From NCBI GenBank assembly GCA_951406725.2, contig OX597814.1:175708001-175772000 (forward strand): 64,000 nucleotides of DNA, read 5' to 3'. The position numbers were made by a program, and so were the translations under genes. Source of the DNA: Octopus vulgaris (Eukaryota). This document shows, in pieces, positions 29,412-42,754 of the stretch; the first letter of the stretch is position 1, and each line of letters opens with the position of its first letter. The notes beneath the pieces were generated by a model, which saw only the letters and a list, made by a program, of their open reading frames with translations, had not been told where the DNA came from and did not search any database.

Positions 29412-30984
29412 TACTGTGTCTGGCTTTTCTTTGTCTATAGATGTACCCCCAAAATTATGCAAAGAAATGCCATAAGAAATAAAAAGCAAAATTAAAAAAT
29501 TGTTGTATATATCTGGCATAGTAGATCTGTAGGTTGCATCCAGTCTTTCAACTAGTTACCGACTCAATAAGAGCCGACCAGGGGCTACACAAGTACGGTA
29601 AGAACAGCAGCTCTGATTAACATATCTGGAAATATATTACAGAAAATACCTATGGGAAAGAAAATAAAACTTTCATTTCTTACCAACGAAACTTAATTTT
29701 GTTGAAAGTTCTGGGCGGGAGGATATTGAAGTGAATGGTAGGAATCTGAGAAGCACAAGAATCTTTAGATTTAAAGGCCCAGCCTTCGGCCATACACAAC
29801 GACGTTATTAATCATCCCTTACAACAGCAATTTCAAACAGTGATCAATAGCGTAGAGAGAGATGAACTTCACTAGGATTCCTTGACATTTGGCACGCTAT
29901 AAAAAGACGAAGACATTGACAAGCAAACAAGGAGACCATTACGTGGTTGCTTGATCTCTTAGAAAAAGCAGCCAAGTCACTCTAGTTTCAAATCCTACTT
30001 ATTCAAAAAAGAAAGATATACTGGAGACGGTACCCTTATATACTCTGTGTCTTAAATTAAAAAAAATATGGGGCAATCGTGGCTTTGAAAGCAAATCAAC
30101 CAGAGTTGGCTCGGAGCTAAACAGCAATCATAAGAACAGCAACGGAACCGTTTGATTGATTATCAAAAAAATCTTTTATGAGTTACAAGATATTTCCATT
30201 GTGGATGAAACGTTGGGAAATATATGGTATTTTACTGTCAAAAGAGAAAGACAACAAAATTTTCGATTCTCGGTTGAGGAATACACGTAAGAATTGTGAG
30301 AGGAGGAAGTGTGATAAAAAAGATGCAAGGCAAGTGTACAGAAAACAGAACAACAGTAGTTAAGGTGTGGTAGTGGTGGTAGTCGTATATTTTATAATTG
30401 GCAGAGAAGGAAACGCGCTGGAAAGAGGTGGAAAAAGGACAACAACAAGTATTAATGTTGATAATGAAAATGGATGCTAGAATGCTTGCATAATCAAGTG
30501 AGCTAGCATACACATTACTATTATGCTTTCACGCAGCAGGCGTCCCTGGGAATTTTTTTCTTCCCAGTCGTCCTCTTAATATTAATTACAGTATGGTGGT
30601 AGTGTAAGATGCAGTAGCGGATGCAGTTTCAGGAGGAGGAGGAGGTGGGCGTAAGAATTCGAGGTGGCAGTAGTAGAATGTAGAAGCGGGAGTAGTAGCA
30701 GTGGGAGGAATAGTATTGCGTTACGAGTAGGTGTAGTGGAAGAAGGCATAGGAAAAACGAGACGAAGTGTATGCGTGTGTATATATATATGCGCGTGTAT
30801 GTCTGTAGATTTGAATGCATATATGAGTTCTGTGTATGTGTGCGTGCGTGTGTATGTGTGTATGTATGTGAAGGCGCGTATACGAGGTTATTTTGTCTTT
30901 CTATCTCCTGATAAGAAATCTAAAACATCACATGACCTGACGATCGTCTGCAAGCTCTAGCAGATGCCTGTATTACTGCTATCA

Positions 30985-31146
30985 TGGTAGTAATAGTAGT
31001 AGTGGTGGCGGTAGTAGAAAGTGGTAGTGATGGTGATAGTAGAGGTGATAGTATTAGTAGTAGAGGTAGCGGTGGTGGAAATGGTAATAGTAGTAGTAGC
31101 ATTTGTAATCGTCGTCATAGTAGTAGTAGTTGTAGTAGCGGTAGCT

Positions 31147-31177
<31 letters not shown>

Positions 31178-31246
31178 TGGTAGTAGTAGTAGTATTAGCA
31201 GTAGTAGTAGTAGTACTAGTAGTAGTCGTAGTACTTGTAGTAGCGA

Positions 31247-31292
<46 letters not shown>

Positions 31293-31370
31293 GATGGTGG
31301 TATTGATATCGGGATTGTTGTTGATGGAAGTGGTGTTGTTGTTGGTGGTGGTGGTGGTAGTAGTAGTAGT
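30985..31370. repeat. (AGT)n/(GGT)n trinucleotide tract
   Basis: Direct reading. Confidence 0.95.
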
Positions 31371-31668
31371 CAAAACTAGTTAGATAAACCCACTATCAAC
31401 GTTACTGTCATCATCACCCACACACTGACACGCGAATCTCAAACACCATGACCACGGGCCTGCTAGCGAGAGAACCTCTATGCAGTCGCTCAACCTGCAA
31501 GCAATAGCTGATGAATCCATTCAAATCATACCCTACCATCGCTCGGAGGACACATTGAACAATGCAGAGCTTTATGAGTGATAGCGTGCCTTTGTAGACC
31601 GACATCTCAAAATTTGTATAATCTTCTTATTGGAGTGTCACACGTGTATTTATGCACTTACCTAAAAC

Positions 31669-31830
31669 CAGTAGCGTAGGAGAGGAAAGGCGATGGGTGT
31701 GGTCATCCCATCCCTTCTTGGCGGCACTTTTTTGGAGGCGACACTATTATAAGCCTACATAGGGACGGTGACGCTGGGCGGCAAATTCGAAGGCTACCTC
31801 GGACAGCACAAACTCTAGCTACTCGGTGGC
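31669..31830. mobile_element. Possible decayed hAT-like MITE
   Basis: cagtagcgtag start, ctagctac near end, GC-rich ggcggca motifs. Confidence 0.35.
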
Positions 31831-31861
31831 CTAAAACTATAATACATATATAATAATAATA

Positions 31862-32147
31862 ATAGAAATAGAGGTAACTAGAATATGGAATCTAAAAACA
31901 GAAACAATTCCTATCATAGTAGGTGCATTAGGCATGATAAAAAAATATTCAGACAAATACATAACAAAAACACCAGGACTTACAAACACATATAACATAC
32001 AGAAAATTGCACTACTAGGCACTGCACACATCCTACGCAGAACACTGTCAGTACAGTAACCATCAGAGCATCGCAACAAATCACAGCACATACCCAAGGC
32101 ACACAGAGCTGCGCTCGGTCGTGAAGTGAAAGCACGTTATAAAACTA

Positions 32148-32187
<40 letters not shown>
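31862..32187 (+). mobile_element. R4/Dong-type RLE LINE 3' end in (TAA)n
   Basis: IEIEVTRIWNLKTETIPIIVGALG..IQKIALLGTAHILRRTL*; (TAA)n on both sides. Confidence 0.85.
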
Positions 32188-32188
<1 letters not shown>

Positions 32189-32350
32189 AATTATTGTATA
32201 CAGTCCTCAGGTGCACCACAACTTGTCAAAAGTGCGTATAAAGCATATGCAGCAATGTACAAATGTCTGGAGAGTGAACAGTGTATGAGTCAGATACATG
32301 CTTGCGTGTGTATGGAGGGGAGAAAATCAGGTGTAGTGTTGGCGAATGCA
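32188..32350 (-). mobile_element. Probable retroposon 3' end with (ATT)n tail
   Basis: Minus strand ends ..gtatacaataatttc(att)n, sharing the repeat tract. Confidence 0.4.
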
Positions 32351-32464
32351 TAGATAAGTTTGTTATATGATTAAATATTAACTCTACTACCGCCACGTCT
32401 CTACCACAAACTCCACTACTACCTAAGCTAGAAATAGCTCAGTCAATTACTAATATTAGTTACC

Positions 32465-33190
32465 AATTTTGGCACAAGGACAGTAATTTCAGGAGAGGGA
32501 GCAGGTCGGTTACATTGACCCCAGTGTTCCACTGGTATTTATTTTATTGACCCCGAAAGATGAAAGGCAAAGTCGACCTCGGCTGATTTTGAGCTCAAAA
32601 GACGAACGAAATGCTGCTAAGCATTTTGAGCGGCACGGTAACGATTCTTATTTCTATACTGCCCACAAGGGGCTACACACCCGGAAGGGACGGGATGACC
32701 ACATCCATCACCTTTCCTCTCCCTACGCTACTTGTTTTAGGTAAATGCATAAATACTCGTGTGACACTCCAATAACAAGGACAGACAAACGGATTAAGTC
32801 GATTATATCGACCCCAGTGCATCACTCGTACTTATTTAATCGATCCCGAAAGGATGAAAGGTAAAGTCGATCTCGGCGGAATTTGAACTCAGAACGAAGC
32901 GGCGGACGAAATACCACAAAGCATTTCGCCTGGCGTGCTAACGTTTCTGCCAGCTCGTCGCCTTCACTCAATAACGAATATTAACACAAGTTAGGGCGGC
33001 AAACAGGCGGGATCATCAGCACACAAGACAAAATACTTAGCGTCATTTCAAACTCCACCGAGGTCGATTTTGCCTTTCATTCTTTCGGGGTCGATAAGAT
33101 AAGTACCAGTTAAACATTGAGGTCGATGTAATCGACTTACCGACTTCCCTGAAATTGCCGGCCTTGTGCCAAAACTTGAAAGCAATATTA
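32465..33190. mobile_element. Cluster of three family B SINEs (-, -, +)
   Basis: Family motifs; the middle copy is interrupted at 32684-32775. Confidence 0.8.
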
Positions 33191-33334
33191 ATACCACAAG
33201 CACCACTAACAAAATTCACTACAATCAACATAATTCCATCATCTGCTAGAAAAAGGAGTCAAATCACCCATTAAATCACACTACCGTTTTAGAAAGGGGT
33301 CAGATAAAGGATAAAGATCCTTCCCAAATCATAG

Positions 33335-33556
33335 ACTCAGAGGGCCCGATTTCCGGTCCCGTGACGTGTATATTCTCCATCCCTGGATAGAACACCGGTC
33401 CGTCGCAGGATTACTTGTTTTTGCCAACTGGGTGGATTGGAGAAACGTGAAAGGAAGTGTTTTGCTCAATAACATAACGTTCGCCAGACTGAGGAATCGA
33501 AACCACAGTCTTACGATGACGTGTCTATCATCATAACCACTAAGCCACGCACCTCC
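33335..33556 (-). mobile_element. tRNA-derived SINE (head tggcttagtgg..tttcgattcc); decayed relative near 57110-57360
   Basis: A/B boxes on -; body resembles families C/D. Confidence 0.7.
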
Positions 33557-33767
33557 ACCTTAGGAAGAAGGCATGCTCAGTAATGTCGTCATAAGTCTAT
33601 CTATATTCGGGAATAAGTGGGATTGTTATGACAGATACTTTTTTTATTATAAATTTGTCCTTTCGCGGCTTTGCTGGAGCTGAACAACACCACTCTCACC
33701 ACCGTAAAACTTCACCATCACCACCACCACCACGAACAACAACAACAACAACAATAAAGATGAGGAA

Positions 33768-33925
33768 TTTTGTACATTATTTACATTATTTACATCTGAC
33801 GGATATTTTTCCTTATCTTGTTTGTTGTTAACACAACGTTTCGGCTGATTTACCCTCCAGACTTCATCAGGTGTTTTAGGGAAGTTTCGAACCTGGGTTC
33901 TCATTCCTAAGTTATTTCTTGATAT
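33768..33925 (-). mobile_element. Penelope-like pseudo-LTR with minimal type I hammerhead (33830-33875)
   Basis: aacac-CTGATGA-a-gtctg..cagcc-GAAAC-GTT-gtgtt; homologous to 53340-53469. Confidence 0.8.
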
Positions 33926-33949
33926 TGTTGTTGTTGTTGTTGTTGTTGT

Positions 33950-35056
33950 TGTTATTCTATGTTTGACTTTTGCTTTACATTTGTACAAGTTGGCTCCAAG
34001 TCTCATCCATAGACCTCAAGAGACAACAAGTTGGAAGTTCATGTTGGTGTTATGCCTAGGGTGCCATATATTTGGTTTTGTACTTAGTGTTGTACTAGTG
34101 AATGTTTAAGAAACCATAAGAAAATTATGCTTGTTTTAAAACTTGAGATTACATAGAAAGTATTTTGCGTAGGATATGAGCAGTTCCCATGAGCACTATC
34201 TTTTGAATTTCTGCCATTTTGGGGTTTCCTGGTATCTGAGTTAGGTAGCAATCAGCCCCTTTTGCTGTCATTCCCAGGGCACCCATGACAACAGGTATTG
34301 TTTTAGTCTTCAGGTTCCACATTTTGCTGATTTCTATTTCCAGATCTTTATATTTGCTCAGTTTTTGGTAGGTCTTGACAGATACGTTTATATCGATTGG
34401 GACAGTCATATCAATGAGGAGGCATGTTTTTTGTCTGAAGTCTTTTACTATGATGTCTGGCCTATTCGCGTCTATCTTTCTGTCAGTTTGAATGGTGAAG
34501 TTCCAGAGGAGTGAGATGTGGTCATTTTCAAGCACTGGAGGTGGTTTGTGTTCCCACCAGTTTTTATCATGGGGCAAGTCCAGGCTTTTGCAAATTACCC
34601 AGTGAATATATTGTGCAGCTCTATCATGCCTGTTGAGATTTTCTGTAGGCGCAAGAAGACTGCACTTGGAGACAACATGATCAATGGTTTCATTTTGTTG
34701 TTGACATACACGACATGTTGGGCTACTGCCGTTTTTAATATGTTGGCCTGGTAGTTCCTTGTAGGTAGGCAATGATCTTGAGCTACTATGATAAACCTTT
34801 GTTTCAGATTTTAAGCCAGAGGCCATTAACTATTGATGGGTCGGGGCTTTGTCAACATCTGCATTATTCACTCTCTTTGGGTATTTGCCATTGAGAGGTT
34901 TTTCTTGCCATTTATCATTCAGAATATCTAAGGCAGCAGTTTTAGCACAGGTTTTCATGCGCTTAGCTTTTTCTGTGCTTGTTTCTTGTGTGTCTAATTC
35001 CGAAATTTGTTGTATTCGGAATTCACTTAGATATTCCTTTGCCTGTTTTGTTACTG

Positions 35057-35059
<3 letters not shown>
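33950..35059 (-). mobile_element. 5'-truncated R4/Dong-type LINE (restriction-like endonuclease), pseudogenised
   Basis: W..KPLNGKY, LKSET, CRVC..ETIDHVVSKC (CCHC), RHD, RPDI..IDMTVP..K..KY.DL; flanked by (AAC)/(AAT) repeats. Confidence 0.92.
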
Positions 35060-35090
<31 letters not shown>

Positions 35091-35094
<4 letters not shown>

Positions 35095-35143
35095 GAGCGC
35101 GGGCTACTTATCCCAAGATTCCGAGTTCGATTTCTGGCAGCGA

Positions 35144-35180
<37 letters not shown>

Positions 35181-35224
35181 TAATAATAATAGTAATAATA
35201 ATAGTAATAGTAATAATAATAGTA

Positions 35225-35279
<55 letters not shown>

Positions 35280-35280
35280 A
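35091..35280 (+). mobile_element. Truncated tRNA-like module + (AAT)n, same as in the PLE 3' region
   Basis: ttaagagcgcgggctact.a.cccaagattccgagttcgat...gacctgaataat matches 53250-53310. Confidence 0.8.
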
Positions 35281-35902
35281 CACAATCCGATAAGAAGTCA
35301 AAGCTGGATCGCCATTGACTATATGCACATCGACAACCGAGATAAACCACCACCACCATTAACTTAACTACTCTCACTATTAGTGAACACCCATAGCTAC
35401 TACTACTACTACTACTACTGAAAAAATATTACAAGTACGTTATCACTACCGTTATTATTACCGCTAAAATTATTCCCCCTCCATTCTGGACACAACCATT
35501 ATTATCACCTCCACAACCACCACTAACCACCATTATCAAAGAAAAGGGACCCATTAACAAAAGCCTTCACATCTGTACCATCGGCCATAATGTATTCTAC
35601 CCTATTCAGTGCTGTAAGACTTTATTTTTTTTCATGTAGATTTTGCTATTTCCAATCAAGAGGATTTTGTTGGCTTCCCTAGGGAGAATTATTTTTTGTT
35701 GCTCAAGAATAGATTGCTGCTAGTATATCAAGAGAAATAACCTGACTACTGTGAAGAAAATGCGAGGGCCAGTCAGGAGAGGGTTTTGTGGAGTTGCATG
35801 ACAACGATCTTTCTTTGTCTGCAGAGAAGTCAATCTCCTAACTCTTTGGGAAAAAACCCCCAGTTCTTTGTGTCATAGCATGAATAATAGCGGTCGATAA
35901 CA

Positions 35903-35933
<31 letters not shown>

Positions 35934-35983
35934 TGTATGTATCTATCTATCTATCTACACCTGCATACATACACACATACATA

Positions 35984-36020
<37 letters not shown>

Positions 36021-36738
36021 ACACACATAGGTATATGTGTATAAAGAGAAAATCAATTAGTTTTAAATCTCTGACCGAGAAATATGTAGTAACAGTACCG
36101 AGCAGTAAAGTTTACTAACACAATAAGTTAGTTCTACACAGGACGATGTTAACACTTTTTAGCCACAGGAAAACATCTTTTCCAGATAGCTACCGACACA
36201 TGGTCTATGTCCGTATACTATGAGCAAAGGAGTTTATTACTCCGACCAATGATTTCTAGGTTATTTCCCTTCTTCGGTGCAGGACACACATGCAAAAAAA
36301 ATGTATGATGATGTATTTATGTATGCGTATATGAAATATAATGTGTGTATTTTTGTGTGTGTGTGAGAGAGAGGGAGAGAGCGAGAAGGAGCGAGTGAGT
36401 GCCACTTATACATATATGCAAAGAAATACATACATGACGAATCACACCTTCACTCACTAACTCTCTCTCTCTCACGCACACATGAACACACGCACACATG
36501 AACACACGCACACATGAACACACGCACACACACGTACATGCATTTTCCCTTTCTCCTTTCTTTCAATTTCTGCTCTCACTTCAAAGCAAATGTTGCCTTT
36601 TCACTTTCTCCTCTCTTTCAATTCCTACCCACCCCTAAAATTTACGAACAATCATATGATCTCGTATGATCAACCATATGATCAAGTTGACAACTTTGCT
36701 GCTTCAAACGAAATAACTTCCTTTAGCATACACAAACG

Positions 36739-36771
<33 letters not shown>

Positions 36772-36959
36772 TAAGCTAAATGTCTGAACGAATTATGTTA
36801 TTTCTCGCTGTGTGCACGCGCATAATTACAGCTCAAATCTAATTGAAATATCCTTTTTCTATTCTGTAATTTATGTTTGCGATGAGCGTATTTAAAAGGA
36901 ATTGTTTCCAGAAATCCTGTCCTTTACCTGTTGTTTCTAGCATGTCCGAGGTGACATTT

Positions 36960-37910
36960 GCTTCCCCCCACCCTTATATTTTCCTAAATTAATTCCAATT
37001 CCTATGTTTTCCCACCAGAAGATTAGGATTTCGCCCCAAAGCACGTTCTCAATATTTTAATTTTCTCCCCAATTTCGTCATTTTAAAAACATTTTTCCAA
37101 GTTTGTTTCCTGGCAACACACGGAGAAAAAAACAAAAAAAAACCCAACAAAGTACGAATTTTTAAGAATTTTCTTCCTTTCTTCTTAAAGAAAGACTAAA
37201 ATCTCGTTCCCAAACGTCAGCCCATCACTTCACCACTTTCAAAAAGCTACAAACTTCCAACATTTCACCTTTAGCTTTTTGGAAAGCGGGGAAGTTTCTT
37301 CAGAAATAATGTCGTTTACTTGTTGTTTCTTGTATATCAGGTTTTCTGGTGGCAGTCTGGTATTTTTTGCGTCTGCTATTTCAGTACAATTGTACGCATG
37401 CTTGAAACATCAGACGAATGTGAAACGTTAGTAGATCTTAGCTTCTGGAAAGCGTGTAGGTGATGGGTGGGTGATGTGGGGGAGGGGCATTGAGTATTTC
37501 TTTAAGGAAAATTAAACTTTAAAAAAATATATATATTTCCCACATTCCTAATCTCTGTATTTTTCTATGTGAATAAAAAAAATAAATTCGATAAAAGTTA
37601 CAAATTAAGAGATTACGGTGGGGACGGGAGAAAATTAAAATTTTGAAAACGTGATTTCTGCGTAAAGTTGTATTAATCACCTTTTATACGATGAAACAGT
37701 ACATAGCTTAAGAACAGAAAGCACTTTCATGCAAACCCATGCAAATTGTACCCTCTCCACTTCACTTTTAAACAATAACTTCCATTACGCTAATAATCCA
37801 ATTCACTATATATATCAGCAGTGCCGATCCTGCCCATAAGAAAGGAATAAATAATACAATGTGGCTATATGTCATAACACCGGAACACGCCGGGATGCAT
37901 TGCTAATGTT
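36960..37910 (+). mobile_element. Possible non-autonomous Helitron-like relic
   Basis: 28-bp inverted pair (37042-37069 and 37626-37653); decayed terminal hairpin ccgg.acacgccggg..tgcta. Confidence 0.35.
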
Positions 37911-37968
37911 TGTGTGCGCGTGCGTGCGTGCGTGTGTGTGTGTATGTATGTATGTATGTGTGTGTATA

Positions 37969-39211
37969 CAGGATGCGTAATATATTTGAGGACAGATTTA
38001 TGTTTGTGAAAAATCGGATATAAAAAACAGAACTTTATTTATCAAAAAATGCTGAGGATAAAAATAAACCTTTTCTATAATGCTATTCGATAACGCCACC
38101 ATTAGCTTTAACAACTGCTTCTATATGAGATCTAAATCATCTACATGCTAAAATCAAGTGGTCCTGAATCATTTTGGACATTACTCTGACTATGGCAGCT
38201 TTCAAAGTATCTTTGGTGTTATGGGTGTATTCATTGACCTTTCTCTCAATAACGCTCCACGTGTAACAGTCCAATGGATTGAGATCTGGAGAATTGGGAG
38301 TCAAATGTTAGGAGTTATGCGATCATGAAAATTTCCAGCTATCCATTGCTGTGTTACTAGAGCCACGTGCGATAGTGCAGAGTCCTACTGAAACGCATAT
38401 GGCCTTCCATTGTATACACTGTCTCTCTAGGGCTTAGCAATTATTTCCAGGACCTCAATGTAAGCGGCAGAGTTAACTAAGGCCTTGTGGAACTAAGAAA
38501 AGAGTCATCACATGTCCTTCATCACTGACAACTCCTAAAACCATGACAGTCGCAGGAAATTTTGTATGCATAACACTCGGAACTTCAGAAGAGTCTGCAT
38601 ATGACCATCTGTCATTTCTTCTGTTGACTTTTTGATCTTGGTAAAAGTATTCCTCATTTGAGAAAAACCAAATCAAATATTTTTCTGTTGGATTTTTCTG
38701 TTTGTTTAAGAGCCTTTTAGATTTGATGTAGTGATTTTCTTTTGCTTTTTCTTACAAATTGACATTTCCTCAACATATAAGACATATCTGATGTCTTCGT
38801 GGACTACATTTCTGACTGTTCCTTCTGACAAATGGAGATTTTTTGCAATTGACTTCATAGACTTTCTTGGATTGTAATCAATGGTCTGTTGAACTTGTAG
38901 GATAATTTCAGGTTTTCTGATGACTTCAGAGCGTTTAGAATGCCTTTATGCTTTGATACTGGTGATACTTTTCCATCTTCAGTCTTTAGCTCCTTACAAA
39001 CTTTGTAAACGAAAGATCTGGCAACATTTAAAAATCGAGATATTTCTAAATTGCCGTGTTATTATAACCACAATAACATGCCTCTTCATTTCTTGAGTAA
39101 GCTGAGAGGTCTGCCATTATTATTTTCTGAAACAAAGATTATATAGTGTTAGCAGAAAATGCAGCAATGACCCCAAAAATGTATGTCCTCAAATAGCTTA
39201 CGCGCCTTTTG
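37969..39211 (-). mobile_element. Near full-length Tc1/mariner transposon (maT/DD37D-like), decayed
   Basis: TIRs ca.gg..cgtaa..tatttgaggaca at both ends with TA; WFFSNE, NRRNDRW, KFPATVMVLGVVS and PNSPDLNPLD motifs. Confidence 0.88.
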
Positions 39212-39234
39212 TATATATATATATATATATAAAA

Positions 39235-39481
39235 TAGAAATATTATTATTTCTAAGTCTCTCTAAAGGAGACTACGACAGCGTTACTGGATATTAACAGT
39301 TATCGCCAAGCTAATATGGCAGTCCATAAATATAGGAAGAAAGCTGCCGTTGATCAGCTCCAAGAAGCCATCGTCTCTAGCTAGCTATATGACACACGAA
39401 CCTGTGTCCATTATAACCTTCGAACAGGGGAGGTCAGCCACTTTCCCTTGCTGGTTAGGCATCTGCAGACATGTTTCAGGG

Positions 39482-39483
<2 letters not shown>
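39235..39483. other. ~250-bp unclassified segment embedded in (TA)n
   Basis: Complex sequence bounded by TA runs on both sides. Confidence 0.35.
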
Positions 39484-39529
<46 letters not shown>

Positions 39530-39559
39530 CATGTTATATATATAAAAATATGTAAAACT

Positions 39560-40232
39560 GCAGGAACAGAAAAATAGAGAGCGTTTAGAAATATTTCAAT
39601 ACTAAATTTATTCAGACATCATGGGATCAATACATGTTACCATTAACCTCAACAATTAAAAGACGTGCTCAAAGTAGTGGCCATTAGCTTCCAGATACGG
39701 CAAACTGCTGCTTGGGCATCGAAGGCCATAGTGTCCAGTGGGATTGCTGCACGAGCTGTTTCAATTTCTTGTCGAAGAGTTGTCAGTGTAACTGGTTCTC
39801 TGCGATACATGACAATCATAAGTAAATGTGTTCAGATGTTAAATCAAGAGAACGTGCGGGAATCTCAACCGCAACTCTTCGTCTTATTCAGTGTCCTTAC
39901 AACCACTAAGTTCGCACGTCTCGGCAGAAGTGTAGTAGCGCAACGTGTTGTTGAAAGAAGAATTCATCGTGTCCATAAAGTTCATGTATGGCAGGTAAAA
40001 ACGGACATGCGTAGCGTGTCTAGGTATCTTAATCAGTAACAGTTCCTTCGGAGCAAAATGAGCCTGTAAAAACTTCGTGATGACGTTCCTCACCAGACAC
40101 TGACCCCAATAATTTGACTGCTTTGTCCAAATGCCAAAAAAGGCAAAAACCGTTAAAAGCAACTTGTATTTATCCCATGATGTCTGGATAAATTTAGTAT
40201 TAAAATATTTCTATGTTTTTCTTCCTCCGAAT
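39560..40232 (-). mobile_element. Deleted Tc1/mariner derivative with ~48-bp inverted repeats
   Basis: IR tagaaatatttcaatactaaatttattcagacatcatgggat; traces FFFQQ..H..RDVR, PARSLDLT, LRQEIE, NGHYFEH on -. Confidence 0.75.
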
Positions 40233-40316
<84 letters not shown>

Positions 40317-40326
40317 TATAAATTCA

Positions 40327-40386
<60 letters not shown>

Positions 40387-41494
40387 AGGAAAAGGGAGAC
40401 CACCGGTGTTTGTATCGTAGGAAGCTAGAAAACGTTGCCAACATTTTTATCATACCCAACGAAAAGATTTTGAAACAAGTTAGAAAAAAGGAGACAAGGT
40501 AAGCTTATGATGATATGAAAGCAACAACTTCCAGTATGTAATCTTTATTGATTCTATATATATGAGCGAATAAAGGAAACGTAGAATTAAGGTAGCTGAA
40601 AAAGTAGGAATATCTATTAAAGCCCTAATTTGTAAGGTATACCGGTCTGAGAAAACACCATATATTTACAGAAACCTTAAATTTGAAAATCAAACACATA
40701 TATAGAGGATAAGATTCGAAGTGTGGTATAGTGCATTCATTGCCTGAAAGAGGTTGTGCAAGAGACAACACTATAGCCTATATATATGATAGGCAGCTTG
40801 TAGTACATGTGAAAGGATTGAAAGCATTAGCGTAGGTATAATAAGAAAAGACGAGCATCTATACTTTACCAAGACGCTATAAAGAAACAAGATTGATTAA
40901 TAAATAATATCGACTTAAACTTCAGTTGATACACCCACATAATTCAACTGTCAGATTGATAACCAAAGGCAGTTTCTTACGGTAAACATTCAAATTCTTC
41001 CACTGAACAAAAAGAACGAGTGGGCTAACAACAGCCCACCCACAACAGTATTACAGGCAAGAATAATACAATGCTAATCACGGTCGAAAAATGATTATGT
41101 ATTGAACAGAACACATGAAATAATATAATATTATTAGCACAATATAATATATTGTGGTTTAAAAAAAATAATAATTTACGAAATACATGCGCATGCGCGT
41201 GTAGCAGTAGGTGTGGGCGCCGCGAATATATGTACACATGTATGTGTGTAAGTATGCATGGGTGTATGTCTACGACAAGGTGACACTCTGTGTGCCTGTG
41301 TCTGATCCATTGGAGTATGTATAAATATGTGTGGGATAGTATGTATATTTGTATAAATATATGTGTAAGTATAGGTACATACATAAATGCAAAATGTGTA
41401 TGCATACATACATGGGTCTCCGCCTGCCCTTGGATGAAACTGTTGCCAGTCAAACTTATGCATGTAGGCGTCGAGATATGCACAGAACCGAGAT

Positions 41495-41711
41495 ATATTT
41501 CTTTACTACCCACAAGGGAACAAACAAGGACAGACAAACAGATTAAGTCGATTATATCGACCCCAGTGCGTAACTGGTACTTAATTTATCGACTCCGAAA
41601 GGATGAAAGGCAAAGTCGACCGCGGCGGAATTTGAAATCAGAACGTAACGGCAGACGAAATACCGCTAAGTATTTCGCCCGGCGTGCTAACGTTTCTGCC
41701 AGCTCGCCGCC
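41495..41711 (-). mobile_element. Family B SINE, full length
   Basis: Complete head and tail. Confidence 0.9.
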
Positions 41712-42584
41712 TACATTCCTATCTCTGCACAGAGCAGAGATAGGGATATAGACATGCTCAGATACACACATAGTCTCTCTCCTTTTCTCTCTCTCTCTTT
41801 CACTCTCTCTCACACACACAAACACACACATACACCCATTCACTGGAGGACAGTGGAGATACTGATATTAGGTTAGTGGTATCAAAGCAATGGATAATTA
41901 TCGTAATTAGCGTGAAGTCTACTTCTTTGTGGATAGATGACGCGTATGTAACTCTTCAGCCAGTTAAATGGATTGAAAGACGTAATATCACCTGCTATAG
42001 TTGTGATGTCGTCTGCTATAGCTGTGAATGGATAAAAAAATAAATAAGACCTCCCAGGCGTCCATAATGGAGAGATAATAATGATGATAAACCTTCTCGA
42101 AAGACTGTCTTTAGAACAAAATATTCGGAAATGATAAAGACATATCAGAAGTGTAACTATAGCTTGCAGCACAGAAAAAAAAAAACGTATGAATTACGAA
42201 AATAACAGATTACATGTATACTTCAAGAGAATTACTATCTCTCCCTCTCTATCTATCTATCGACATATGAGAGAAATAAGGATAAACATTGGGTTTCAAA
42301 TTTTGATGCAAGGCCAGTAGGTTTTGGGGATGGATAAGTTAATAACATCAACCCCACCACTCAACTGAAAGGCAAAGTTGACATCGGCGTAATTTGAACT
42401 TTAAGAGTTTCAATATTGGTTTCAAATTTTGGCACAAGGCCAACAATTTTTGGGGAGGGGGTAAATCGATTACATCGACCCCAGCCCTCAACTGGTAATA
42501 CAGGAAGCAGGCTAGATTATGAAATTCTAAATATAACAGTAGCAGCCGTACATCTATGTGTACACACAATTTCTAATATGTACG

Positions 42585-42750
42585 TACATGCATGCATGCA
42601 TACATACATGCATGCATGCATGCATACATACATGCATACATGCATACATACATACATGCATGCATACATACATACATGCATGCATACATACATACATGCA
42701 TGCATACATACATACATGCATACATACATACATACACACATACATACATA
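42585..42750. repeat. (CATG)/(CATA) tetranucleotide repeat
   Basis: Direct reading. Confidence 0.95.
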
Positions 42751-42754
42751 ATTA

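Noticed and set aside
40430-41030. Possible decayed retroelement coding sequence
   Set aside because: No diagnostic motif could be read confidently
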